Shown here: one piece after another, positions 50,642-57,411 of the stretch
Layout: the number at the start of each line of letters is the position of its first letter
Position numbering within the stretch: position 1 is the first letter of the stretch
Assembly: GCA_028867675.1 (NCBI GenBank)
Contig: JAGWGA010000001.1
Location: forward strand, 11,667 to 75,666
Origin: Nitrososphaerota archaeon
Lineage (GTDB): Archaea > Thermoproteota > Nitrososphaeria > Nitrososphaerales > Nitrosopumilaceae
DNA: 64,000 nt
Reading direction: 5' to 3'
The notes under the pieces: generated by a model
Told to the model about the DNA's origin: nothing
The model's database searches: none
The model's input: only the letters and a program-made list of their open reading frames with translations
Position numbers and translations under genes: made by a program

Positions 50642-50824
50642 TCAGGGCAATTCTTCTGAATTTGGAGCACAGTGCTTGTGAACCCATTTACCTTCAGGGT
50701 TTTTCAAAATCTCTGCACCTGATTTAATTGGTGCATTACACTCAGAACAAGTAGTCTTGAATTTTGCTTTCACATCATTACTATTACATACAGATAGATA
50801 AACCATCAAAAATACAAATATCAC
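50642..50824 (-). CDS. small protein with N-terminal hydrophobic segment and CxxC...HxHC zinc knuckle
   Basis: 60 aa. MIFVFLMVYLSVC then CSECNAPIKSG...WVHKHC. Confidence 0.4.
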   Translation of the reverse strand: MIFVFLMVYLSVCNSNDVKAKFKTTCSECNAPIKSGAEILKNPEGKWVHKHCAPNSEELP

Positions 50825-50842
50825 ATCATTACATGATGAGAT

Positions 50843-51790
50843 TTGATGTTCGATAATATTTTCAGTTTAATTCTTGCAACAATACTAATTTCAAGCATGT
50901 TCATACCGGTGTATGCTTTACAATCTAACATGTTAGACCCAAACATACAAGTTACTTTAGACTATCCAGATGTAATACAACAGGGAGACAAGTTTGTCTT
51001 GTCATCAATAATAAAATCTACTGCAGATCAAGTATCAAACATCACTTTGACCATATCTTCACCTGAGTTGTATATAGTTACTAATACATTCAATCTAGCA
51101 AAACTTGCAAAGGATTCCACTTATGGAAATGACTTTAAACTTAGTGTAAAAAACGATACGCCAGATGGAGAATTTGTTGCAAATGCCCAAGTTACCTATT
51201 TTGTCAAAGGGATGTTTGATGCAAATCCAGTAAAAAATACATTCACTCAAGCTTTTCATCTAAATACCCAATCTAAACCAATTTTGATATTAGATGTAGA
51301 AGCCCCAAGTAATGTATTTTCTGGAGAGCCATTTTCCATAAAGGGCACTATAAAAAATCATGGTGCAACAGCACAAAACATACAGTTGAAAGCATATTCA
51401 TCAGACATCAATCTAGATGGTAAAAAATCATTTTTACTTTCCAATCTATATTCTGGCAAAAATTCAGATTTTGAATTTGTAGTTAACACTTCAAAAGATC
51501 TTGATATTCCAACCAATGCAATAATTCACATTAATGGAACATACTTTGATGATTTGAATAAATCGTATTCAATTGAAGACTCAGTCAATATCTTTGCAAG
51601 ACATAGAGGAATGTTAGAAATAGGAGATGCTAACGGAATATGGATTGGTAATTTTTTCATAGCTCCGGTGGTAGGAGTTGGTACAATTGTCTCTAGCGCC
51701 ATTGGGTTTTTCATATTTTTATGGCATTTTAAAAACAAGAAAAAATCCAAGAATAATAAAAAAACAAAATTTAACACCACCCTTAAATAA
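50843..51790 (+). CDS. secreted beta-rich protein with C-terminal TM anchor and poly-Lys tail
   Basis: 315 aa. Signal peptide and two roughly 100-aa beta-sandwich-like halves (CARDB-like by pattern). C-terminus VVGVGTIVSSAIGFFIFLWHFKNKKKSKNNKK. Confidence 0.5.
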   Translation: MMFDNIFSLILATILISSMFIPVYALQSNMLDPNIQVTLDYPDVIQQGDKFVLSSIIKSTADQVSNITLTISSPELYIVTNTFNLAKLAKDSTYGNDFKLSVKNDTPDGEFVANAQVTYFVKGMFDANPVKNTFTQAFHLNTQSKPILILDVEAPSNVFSGEPFSIKGTIKNHGATAQNIQLKAYSSDINLDGKKSFLLSNLYSGKNSDFEFVVNTSKDLDIPTNAIIHINGTYFDDLNKSYSIEDSVNIFARHRGMLEIGDANGIWIGNFFIAPVVGVGTIVSSAIGFFIFLWHFKNKKKSKNNKKTKFNTTLK

Positions 51791-51818
51791 CCAAAGTTTG
51801 GTTTCCAATTAGAAGATA

Positions 51819-52166
51819 ATGGTTAAACCAATAATATATGGAGCAATTGGTGGAGGAGTTGGAGTTGCAATAATTGTTGTCGTTCTTTTTGTATTGCCAC
51901 ATTCTTCTCAACAATATGGATTATCTGTGGATTCTAGAACCGAGATGGTCATGGGGGTAGGAAATGTTGTTCGCGTTTATGTACAAAATACAGGTTCATC
52001 TCAGGTTACAAATATAAAAATTGATTATGGCACGACATCAGATAATTTACCAGCTTTGGATCCAGGTCAAAAGATAATGTTCTCACCTCCAAGTGGCACA
52101 AAAATGGTAACAGTCACTGATGATCAAGGTGATAAGGTAGTGAAGCCAATTTCAGATTCAATGTAA
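51819..52166 (+). CDS. N-terminally anchored small beta-rich protein (hypothetical)
   Basis: 115 aa. TM helix IIYGAIGGGVGVAIIVVVLFVL followed by a roughly 80-aa beta-type domain resembling those of the upstream gene. Confidence 0.45.
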   Translation: MVKPIIYGAIGGGVGVAIIVVVLFVLPHSSQQYGLSVDSRTEMVMGVGNVVRVYVQNTGSSQVTNIKIDYGTTSDNLPALDPGQKIMFSPPSGTKMVTVTDDQGDKVVKPISDSM

Positions 52167-52278
52167 TATATCTGGAATATCAAAAAATCAAAAAGTTTGT
52201 GTTATCTCTTAAATCATATAAAATGTAATAATATTTTGCTGTAACCGTTCTAAGGTAATAAAAAAATCCAGTACATTA

Positions 52279-52368
52279 CTAGGATTTAGTTCTGATTATC
52301 GTAACCTTGTGGTATTCCTCAGGGTTTTCTTCCTTTAGCCTTTGGAAATAGACTTCTTCGTATGGCAT
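52279..52368 (-). CDS. leaderless micro-ORF (29 aa) behind the duplicated promoter module
   Basis: Not in the ORF track. ATG 52368 reads MPYEEVYFQRLKEENPEEYHKVTIIRTKS. TATA TTTAAATA (52392-52399) is centred 27.5 nt upstream of the ATG, the spacing expected for a leaderless archaeal transcript. Confidence 0.3.
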   Translation of the reverse strand: MPYEEVYFQRLKEENPEEYHKVTIIRTKS

Positions 52369-52375
52369 TTCAGCA

Positions 52376-52409
52376 TGTTTTGCTAAATTCCTATTTAAAT
52401 AAAAGATTC
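52376..52409. repeat. 34-bp promoter-like repeat, copy 1 (TGTTTTGCTAAATTCCTATTTAAATAAAAGATTC)
   Basis: Identical to 52875-52908 by direct reading. Contains the palindromic TATA-like core TATTTAAATA. Confidence 0.9.
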
Positions 52410-52547
52410 ATTAATTTTACTAAGTTAGGTCAAATTGTTCACAATTTAGACATGAAAATTACGTGTATATCTACAGAACCTGCAGATTTAAAATTGAATA
52501 AAATAGCGGATTTTTAACCAAGCATTACAAATGATCTTTGGAGTTAT

Positions 52548-52802
52548 ATGGTAGAAAACACTCTAGTCAAAAAAATTAAGGAGAAAATAAGTAAGGACGA
52601 GCATAAATTACACAAATTAATAACAGAGGTAGAAAAAATTTGGGAGGATACGGGTCTTGACCCAAAAGATTCATCCTATCTTATTGAAAAGACAATGAGA
52701 TTTGAAATGGCGCAAGAAAACATCGGTAAGGTAATTTTACTTTTCAATGAAACAATTACTGATTACAAGAAGCTATGTGCTGAATTAGAAAAATCAGATT
52801 AA
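52548..52802 (+). CDS. hypothetical helical protein
   Basis: 84-aa ORF bracketed by the two 34-bp repeats. K/E-rich helical composition, no motif recognised. Confidence 0.4.
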   Translation: MVENTLVKKIKEKISKDEHKLHKLITEVEKIWEDTGLDPKDSSYLIEKTMRFEMAQENIGKVILLFNETITDYKKLCAELEKSD

Positions 52803-52874
52803 CAATTATTTAATAAAAATCAGGCCCAACAAAGATTAAAATTAATTCATAGTTGCAATAGCTTGAGCAACATC

Positions 52875-52908
52875 TGTTTTGCTAAATTCCTATTTAAATA
52901 AAAGATTC
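52875..52908. repeat. 34-bp promoter-like repeat, copy 2
   Basis: 34/34 identical to 52376-52409, in direct orientation, 499 bp apart. Confidence 0.9.
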
Positions 52909-52944
52909 TTGGCAGTTATCAGATTTGAATATGAGAATAGAATT

Positions 52945-53124
52945 TCAGAGGGTTTTTGAATCTTGATTGTTCAAGGCATGTACTTCTTCGTTGACTCTAG
53001 TAATTGCAGTATACAATTGAAAAAGAAGCTCATTACTAGGATGTGTCGCTTCCAGCAGTTTGCGATCAATACCATATTCGGTTATTTTTTCCCATATTTC
53101 GTCTAAAGATAATTCTGAATCCAA
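52945..53124 (-). CDS. possible small helical protein (59 aa, TTG start)
   Basis: Just under the track cut-off. Reads (L/M)DSELSLDEIWEKITEYGIDRKLLEATHPSNELLFQLYTAITRVNEEVHALNNQDSKTL, a protein-like composition. Only a TTG start is available. Confidence 0.3.
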   Translation of the reverse strand: MDSELSLDEIWEKITEYGIDRKLLEATHPSNELLFQLYTAITRVNEEVHALNNQDSKTL

Positions 53125-53237
53125 ATGCTCCCCATGATTAGATTAAACCGTATTTTTTAAAACTTTCTTTGGATACAATTGACAAACAAGTATAATCAAG
53201 ATAATTTGAAAACTGAAGTTATTTCCAAATTTGGAAA

Positions 53238-53666
53238 TTAATTGAAAAATTTAATTCGGCCAAGATTTGCGTCAGATTCAATGTCATTGACTATTTTAAC
53301 CAAATCGTTGATATCAAATGGTTTGTAGATTATCGCAGTTGCTTTAAGAGATTCTAACCGCTTTGCAGTATTGTGCGAAAGATCTGTAGTAACCATTATG
53401 ACTATGGCCTCTGGATTTATTTCTCTGATACGATCTAACGCGTAAACTCCATCAGCATTAGGCATTACAACATCCAAAAATGTGATGTCTGGTCTTAGTT
53501 GCTCATACAATTCAACTGCTTCCATCCCATTGCGGCCTGTTCCTACAACCTGAAAGTCTTTTAATTCCAAGAGTTCAGCAAAAAGTGCTAGAACATCAGG
53601 ATTATCATCTACTACTAGAGCAGTTTTTAGATGTCGTTTATCTTTCACAAGTTGTGTACTGGACAT
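53238..53666 (-). CDS. orphan response regulator, receiver domain only (CheY-like)
   Basis: ALVVDDNPDV ... DITFLDVVMPNADG ... IVIMVTT ... IYKPF places the phospho-acceptor Asp and conserved T/K. TATA-like TTAAATAG (53670-53677) is only 4 nt from ATG 53666 but 25.5 nt from in-frame GTG 53648, so a leaderless GTG start is plausible. Confidence 0.8.
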   Translation of the reverse strand: MSSTQLVKDKRHLKTALVVDDNPDVLALFAELLELKDFQVVGTGRNGMEAVELYEQLRPDITFLDVVMPNADGVYALDRIREINPEAIVIMVTTDLSHNTAKRLESLKATAIIYKPFDINDLVKIVNDIESDANLGRIKFFN

Positions 53667-53822
53667 TTCCTATTTAAGGTATTTCTATAGCAAACTTCTC
53701 CATTAAAAGAGAATATCGTAAAACCCATGAATAAAGTGGTCTCAAAAACACCAGAAACGGAGAAAATAATTGGGAAATACCAATAATCATATATTTCCCA
53801 GTTTTTTATTAAAATCATAGAA

Positions 53823-54788
53823 ATGAAAACAACCACTGTAAAAAATAACATTAATCCAATAAACATGGAAGTGAACAACAACAATCTTGCTCTAAGAGAC
53901 AACTCTAAACTCTTAGCACATCTGACTGATGTATTTTCAGTTTTATCAAAAAATGATGCATTGACAATTTTCCTAATATCAGAAGAAGGAATAAGATCAG
54001 AATTAGATACGCCAGCAAAAATAGGGCTCACAAAAAAACAGTACTATACCAGGCTAAAACAGCTAGTAGACCTAGGGTTGGTGGTAAAAAATAATGAATC
54101 TTATATTCAAACTGCATTTGGAAAAGTGGTATATCAAAAACATATTTTGGGTCTTTCAAATAATATCAAGAATTCAAAATACTTACAAATGGTCGATGTA
54201 TTAAGAGCCAATCCAAAATTCGATGATAAAGACATTATGGAATTTATTTCGAAAGTAGAACCACAAATCAACTCTGATTTACAAGAATCATCCAGGAAAA
54301 ACTCTACGGTTGCCGCATCGTATGAAGATATGATTAGAAAAATTTTAGAAATGATAGAATTTGCTCAAAGTGAAATACTTTTGGTTACAAGATTTCAGAA
54401 CGAACTAATCATAAACTCAATTTTAAAAAAAGCCAGTTCAGGAATAAATGTCAAGATTCTTGCAGACAATGGAATGGTTAAAGAATATTTTGAAAAAGAA
54501 TCACAAATAAAATCAGATAAGAACCAGACAGAACGTGAAAAAGTTGTTTCAAATCCATTTTATCCTTCAAAGGCAGATAGAAGGTATGTACAAGTTCCTT
54601 TCTGCTTCATCATAGTAGATAACAAATTTGTAGGATTAGAAATCATAGACATAGTAGAACCAAGAAAATTTAAAATGGCAATTTTTGCAGAAGATCCAAT
54701 TCTTTCATCTTCCATGATCACCTCATTTAACAACCTATGGCAAAAATCAGACGCAAATCCTCCAAAAATAGTCACAAAAACTCATTAA
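53823..54788 (+). CDS. wHTH transcription regulator with C-terminal alpha/beta domain (TrmB-like architecture)
   Basis: N-terminal wHTH (FSVLSKNDALTIFLISEEGIRSELDTPAKIGLTKKQYYTRLKQLVDLGLVVKNNESY). The roughly 170-aa C-terminal domain is arranged as in TrmB-type regulators. Start uncertain (ATG 53823 or 53865). Confidence 0.5.
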   Translation: MKTTTVKNNINPINMEVNNNNLALRDNSKLLAHLTDVFSVLSKNDALTIFLISEEGIRSELDTPAKIGLTKKQYYTRLKQLVDLGLVVKNNESYIQTAFGKVVYQKHILGLSNNIKNSKYLQMVDVLRANPKFDDKDIMEFISKVEPQINSDLQESSRKNSTVAASYEDMIRKILEMIEFAQSEILLVTRFQNELIINSILKKASSGINVKILADNGMVKEYFEKESQIKSDKNQTEREKVVSNPFYPSKADRRYVQVPFCFIIVDNKFVGLEIIDIVEPRKFKMAIFAEDPILSSSMITSFNNLWQKSDANPPKIVTKTH

Positions 54789-54795
54789 AAAAATA

Positions 54796-55734
54796 TCAGG
54801 ACAAATGAATTTTAGATAACACCATACCTGTAAACATAGATATTTGAATAGCAAATATTCCCAATCTTACAGTTGTTCTGGCATGACTGAGATTTTTCTT
54901 ATTTTCATATCGTAAAAATAATTTTTTTATTTTAAGTACAAAAAACATACATATTGTTAATCCCAGTGCCAGCCCTACTAAAGGCAATCCAAAAAAGTAA
55001 TAATCTACAAGAAGAATTAATGCCATCATAGAAACGGAACCTAGAATTATTCCAAATGTTTTTTTAACACCTAAAACAATAGGTATTGTTCTCCTTCCAC
55101 CTTTTCTATCTCCATTTATGTCACCAATATCACCAAGAGGGCCATTTACAAAATACATTAAAAAGAATATCAGCGATGCGGATATTCCAATGTAAGATAC
55201 ATCATTTACCGCCAGAGCGCCCATCAATGAAGCAACAAATCCTCCAGATGATGTGACTAATGTTTTTATGACAAATATTTTCTTTAATTGTATTTTAGGA
55301 TGAGAATATACAATTGCCAATCCCAAGAAAACAAGGGATCCAATACCTGTTTGCATATTGATTGAGAATGCAAGCAGTATTGAAACTACAAAAAATCCAA
55401 TTGTAGAAAATAGTATTTGGCTATAGTTTGCTTTTTTAGAACTGTATTTAGAATCACGGCTATTTTCTTTATCGACTTCATAATCGGTAAGATCATTATA
55501 GAGGTAAGTTGCAAGAGCAAGAAAATATACTGAAATGACCAGTCGTACAAGTACGAAAAAATCTGGAATCTTTACACCTGAAGAAAGCAGAAAAGTGCCC
55601 GTTGCGGCCAATGCAAAAGCATAGACCAGAGTCCTTGATCTTACAATTGAAAACAATGTAGAAAATGGTAGAATGATTTTACGCATTCCATCAGATTCAT
55701 GAGAAACAGGAACTATTGCCATACTCTTACCCAC
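54796..55734 (-). CDS. UbiA-superfamily aromatic/isoprenoid prenyltransferase
   Basis: 312 aa, 8-9 TM helices. First Asp-rich motif NDLTDYEVD (NDxxDxxxD) and second DIGDINGDRKGGRRTIP. Confidence 0.8.
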   Translation of the reverse strand: MGKSMAIVPVSHESDGMRKIILPFSTLFSIVRSRTLVYAFALAATGTFLLSSGVKIPDFFVLVRLVISVYFLALATYLYNDLTDYEVDKENSRDSKYSSKKANYSQILFSTIGFFVVSILLAFSINMQTGIGSLVFLGLAIVYSHPKIQLKKIFVIKTLVTSSGGFVASLMGALAVNDVSYIGISASLIFFLMYFVNGPLGDIGDINGDRKGGRRTIPIVLGVKKTFGIILGSVSMMALILLVDYYFFGLPLVGLALGLTICMFFVLKIKKLFLRYENKKNLSHARTTVRLGIFAIQISMFTGMVLSKIHLS

Positions 55735-55772
55735 AATCTCAAATCACATTTTTGAGTAAAGTAATGATTATA

Positions 55773-55792
55773 ATTCTCCATATATGGAGAAT
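55773..55792. promoter_or_regulatory. perfect 20-bp palindrome ATTCTCCATATATGGAGAAT upstream of the UbiA gene (candidate operator)
   Basis: Read directly. Arms ATTCTCCATA / TATGGAGAAT. Lies 38 nt upstream of ATG 55734, inside a 270-bp very AT-rich spacer. Confidence 0.5.
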
Positions 55793-56008
55793 CATACTAG
55801 TATATTATAACTTTTTAGATAATACAGGGTAAAAATTGAAAATTATATATCATTATATACATTTTTTATGAAAATTTGTAATATTTTAAAAATTAGATTA
55901 TTACGAGTGAAAACAAGTAAAAACAGTCTCATCAAACTACAATAAAACAGAATTTATGGACACCAAGTCTAACAAAGATTAAAAGTCATCACATAATTTT
56001 TTCACATA

Positions 56009-56230
56009 TTGTATTCTAATTTTGTGACCAAATATTGTCAAAAGATAAACAAAGTATTACTTTTTACAATACTTGTAACAGGCAGCGTGATTTTTTCAAA
56101 TACCATTTCATCGGCAAATGCCATGACCCCACTTAATCCAAAAATTGAACCAGTAGAACATAGTTCATCCAATCCCAATCTGTATGTATCTGCAGAAAAT
56201 TCGTTTTATGTCAATACTTTTCAGCCCTAA
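56009..56230 (+). pseudogene. 5' fragment of a secreted-protein gene, terminated at the composition break
   Basis: 73 codons: signal peptide (VLLFTILVTGSVIFSNTISSANA), then about 35 residues of mature sequence (..NPNLYVSAENSFYVNTFQP), then a stop. G+C rises sharply within about 80 nt. No continuation is found on this strand. Confidence 0.4.
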
Positions 56231-56309
56231 AACACCCCTTCCACGATCTTAACTACTACCATTACGTCTACCTATGATTCCAACATGATATTAGACCAAA
56301 ATCCCTTTT

Positions 56310-56770
56310 TGCCTACTTTTGCTTTTTGCGAAAAGTAGGTCGCTGAAAGCGAAACCCCTGTCAAACGACTATCAACGAAGTTGAAGGAGTGCGGAGCGAA
56401 GCGGAGACCCTGCGAGTTGGCATAATCCGAGCGAAGCGAGGACGAGCAAGCCGAAGGCTTGCGAAGCCCGAGGGGTCTCAGAGACCCCGAGTGGTTATGG
56501 AGGGGAGGGGTCTCACGAGTTTTACGAAGGAAAACGGGGGTCTCATGTGAGACCCTGTGAGACCTAAAAACGCAGTTTTTAGCAAGACTTGGAGCAAAAG
56601 AGGGGGTCCCAAAGGGACGGGTGAATTTTGCGACAAGTCGAAGTCCTGCCCTCCATAATCGTAGCAATCACGGAGCGGAGCGAAGAATTGCGTAGGTTAT
56701 GCCGACGAGCCATTAGACAAACAGCGAAGTCTCAAAAGGGGAGGAGGAGCAAAGCGACGGAGGGGTGAAT
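56310..56770 (+). ncRNA. GC-rich hairpin-dense non-coding element: candidate large structured RNA (alternative: iteron/hairpin replication or partition site)
   Basis: 62% and 65% G+C in 56401-56460 and 56461-56520 (hand count). Nested long-range complementarity (56354-62/56756-66, 56416-28/56695-706 with G-U pairs valid only on the plus strand, 56495-504/56649-58). At least 6 perfect local stem-loops. No credible ORF. Matches no RNA family that I recognise. Confidence 0.4.
56472..56545 (+). repeat. three direct copies of GGGGTCTCA (iteron-like), with complementary GAGACC(C) copies nearby
   Basis: Copies at 56472-80, 56507-15 and 56537-45 (spacing 35 and 30 bp). GAGACCC is found at 56404-10, 56481-87 and 56549-55, and GAGACC at 56559-64. 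Confidence 0.85.
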
Positions 56771-56797
56771 TGAGATGGAGTGAAAACAAACTCATCT

Positions 56798-56814
56798 TTG
56801 TATTAAAAATACAA
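56798..56814 (+). promoter_or_regulatory. inverted repeat TTGTATT-AAA-AATACAA overlapping a TATA-like box, upstream of the toxin-antitoxin-like pair
   Basis: Read directly. 7-bp arms with a 3-nt spacer. The TTAAAAATA core is centred about 33 nt before ATG 56839 and 12 nt before ATG 56818. Confidence 0.45.
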
Positions 56815-56817
56815 AAC

Positions 56818-56970
56818 ATGAAATATCTGGAATGCTATATGGATAGCATGCAACGAGCAGTAAAGAAGGACGAGGTTTCATTAGGATTGCCAGAAAACGA
56901 GCCTATTGAACACGCAGAAAAGGACATGGATGCGCTAACGAAAAAGATTATGAAAGACCATTGGGATTAG
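56818..56970 (+). CDS. small acidic protein upstream of the MazF-like gene (putative antitoxin)
   Basis: 50 aa from ATG 56818 (MKYLECYMDSMQRAVKKDEVSLGLPENEPIEHAEKDMDALTKKIMKDHWD). The track TTG 56770 lies inside the GC-rich element. ATG 56839 is also possible. Position and size fit an antitoxin, but no known antitoxin fold is recognised. Confidence 0.4.
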   Translation: MKYLECYMDSMQRAVKKDEVSLGLPENEPIEHAEKDMDALTKKIMKDHWD

Positions 56971-56977
56971 CCCATTA

Positions 56978-57331
56978 TTGACTTTTCGATTTAATATCAA
57001 GGCAGGGGACGTTATTCTTGCAAAACCCAATTACCAAGATCAGGTAGATAATTATGTTAGACCAGTTTTAGTTATTTCAAAGTCAAACTTCCATCAAGAT
57101 AGTGGATTCTTTGTTTGTGCAGGCATTACAACAAATCAGACCTCAGACAAATATTTGATTCCAATTACTTCGCAAGACACAAGTCCAAGACTTAAAGAAC
57201 AATCCCAAGTAATGTGCAAAAGAATAGTGACAATAAGAGAAGATGCAATAATCAAAAAGGTGTGTAGTGTGACCCCTGATTTTTACAATAGAGTGAAAGC
57301 CATAATATTGACAGATGTTTTGGACTTTTAG
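56978..57331 (+). CDS. MazF/PemK-family endoribonuclease toxin-like protein
   Basis: 117 aa. Aligns by eye with E. coli MazF: GDVILAKP / GDLIWVDF, RPVLVIS / RPAVVLS, VCAGITTN / LCVPCTTQ, SQVMCKRIVTIRE / ADQVKSIAWRAR. TTG start 8 nt after the upstream stop. Confidence 0.65.
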   Translation: MTFRFNIKAGDVILAKPNYQDQVDNYVRPVLVISKSNFHQDSGFFVCAGITTNQTSDKYLIPITSQDTSPRLKEQSQVMCKRIVTIREDAIIKKVCSVTPDFYNRVKAIILTDVLDF

Positions 57332-57350
57332 TTAGATTCGCCTTGCTCAC

Positions 57351-57384
57351 GATCTTATGTTGTGAATCAATATCAAATGTTAAG
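57351..57384. repeat. 34-bp direct repeat, copy B (GATCTTATGTTGTGAATCAATATCAAATGTTAAG)
   Basis: 32/34 identical to 58933-58966. Lies 27 nt downstream of the stop of the minus-strand gene 57412..58833. Confidence 0.9.
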
Positions 57385-57411
57385 AATGGATTTAGTCGAG
57401 TTTTATTATTC

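Noticed and set aside
53221-53238. ATTTCCAAATTTGGAAAT palindrome as an origin-recognition-box (ORB)-like replication origin element
   Set aside because: It only loosely resembles the TTCCA..TGGAA dyad of archaeal ORBs. There is a single copy, no orc1/cdc6 gene and no flanking ORB repeats. More likely an operator or 3'-end hairpin.
53645-54031. 128-aa minus-strand ORF upstream of the response regulator
   Set aside because: Its 5' half is antisense to the well-formed wHTH regulator ORF. The rest is Phe/Ile/Leu-rich, as expected from translating an AT-rich spacer. A TATA box spaced for a leaderless GTG start of the regulator makes an upstream co-transcribed gene unnecessary. A short real TM peptide cannot be fully excluded.
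56341-56356. Hammerhead-ribozyme-like fragments (CUGA ... GCGAAAC) at the 5' side of the GC island
   Set aside because: The two core boxes are separated by only 2-3 nt, so no helix II can form, and there is no appropriately placed cleavage triplet or helices I and III. Probably a coincidental GNRA-type hairpin (CGC-UGAAA-GCG).
56272-56667. 131-aa minus-strand ORF across the GC-rich island (MLRLWRAGLRLVAKFTRPFG...)
   Set aside because: Arg/Ser/Leu/Pro-rich low-complexity translation with no domain-like pattern. Long open frames are expected by chance at about 60% G+C, and the region is far better explained by its dense nested base-pairing.
56310-56770. Identity of the GC island with SRP (7S) RNA, a group II intron fragment or a tRNA-derived att site
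   Set aside because: No helix-8-type GGAA..GGAAGCAGCC/AGCA motif and no Alu-domain UGUAAU/GGUCC loops. No domain-V-like bulged hairpin and no GUGYG 5' end or RT ORF. The T-arm-like string GTCGAAGTCCTGCCCTCCA (56636-56654) cannot form a T stem. None of these fits.
56237-57357. CCTT..CACGATCTTA pair as a definite target-site duplication
   Set aside because: I do not assert it as a feature. The exact match is only 10 nt and the longer match needs a gap, and such matches are expected by chance in a few kb. It is mentioned in the integration finding only because both copies coincide with composition and repeat boundaries.
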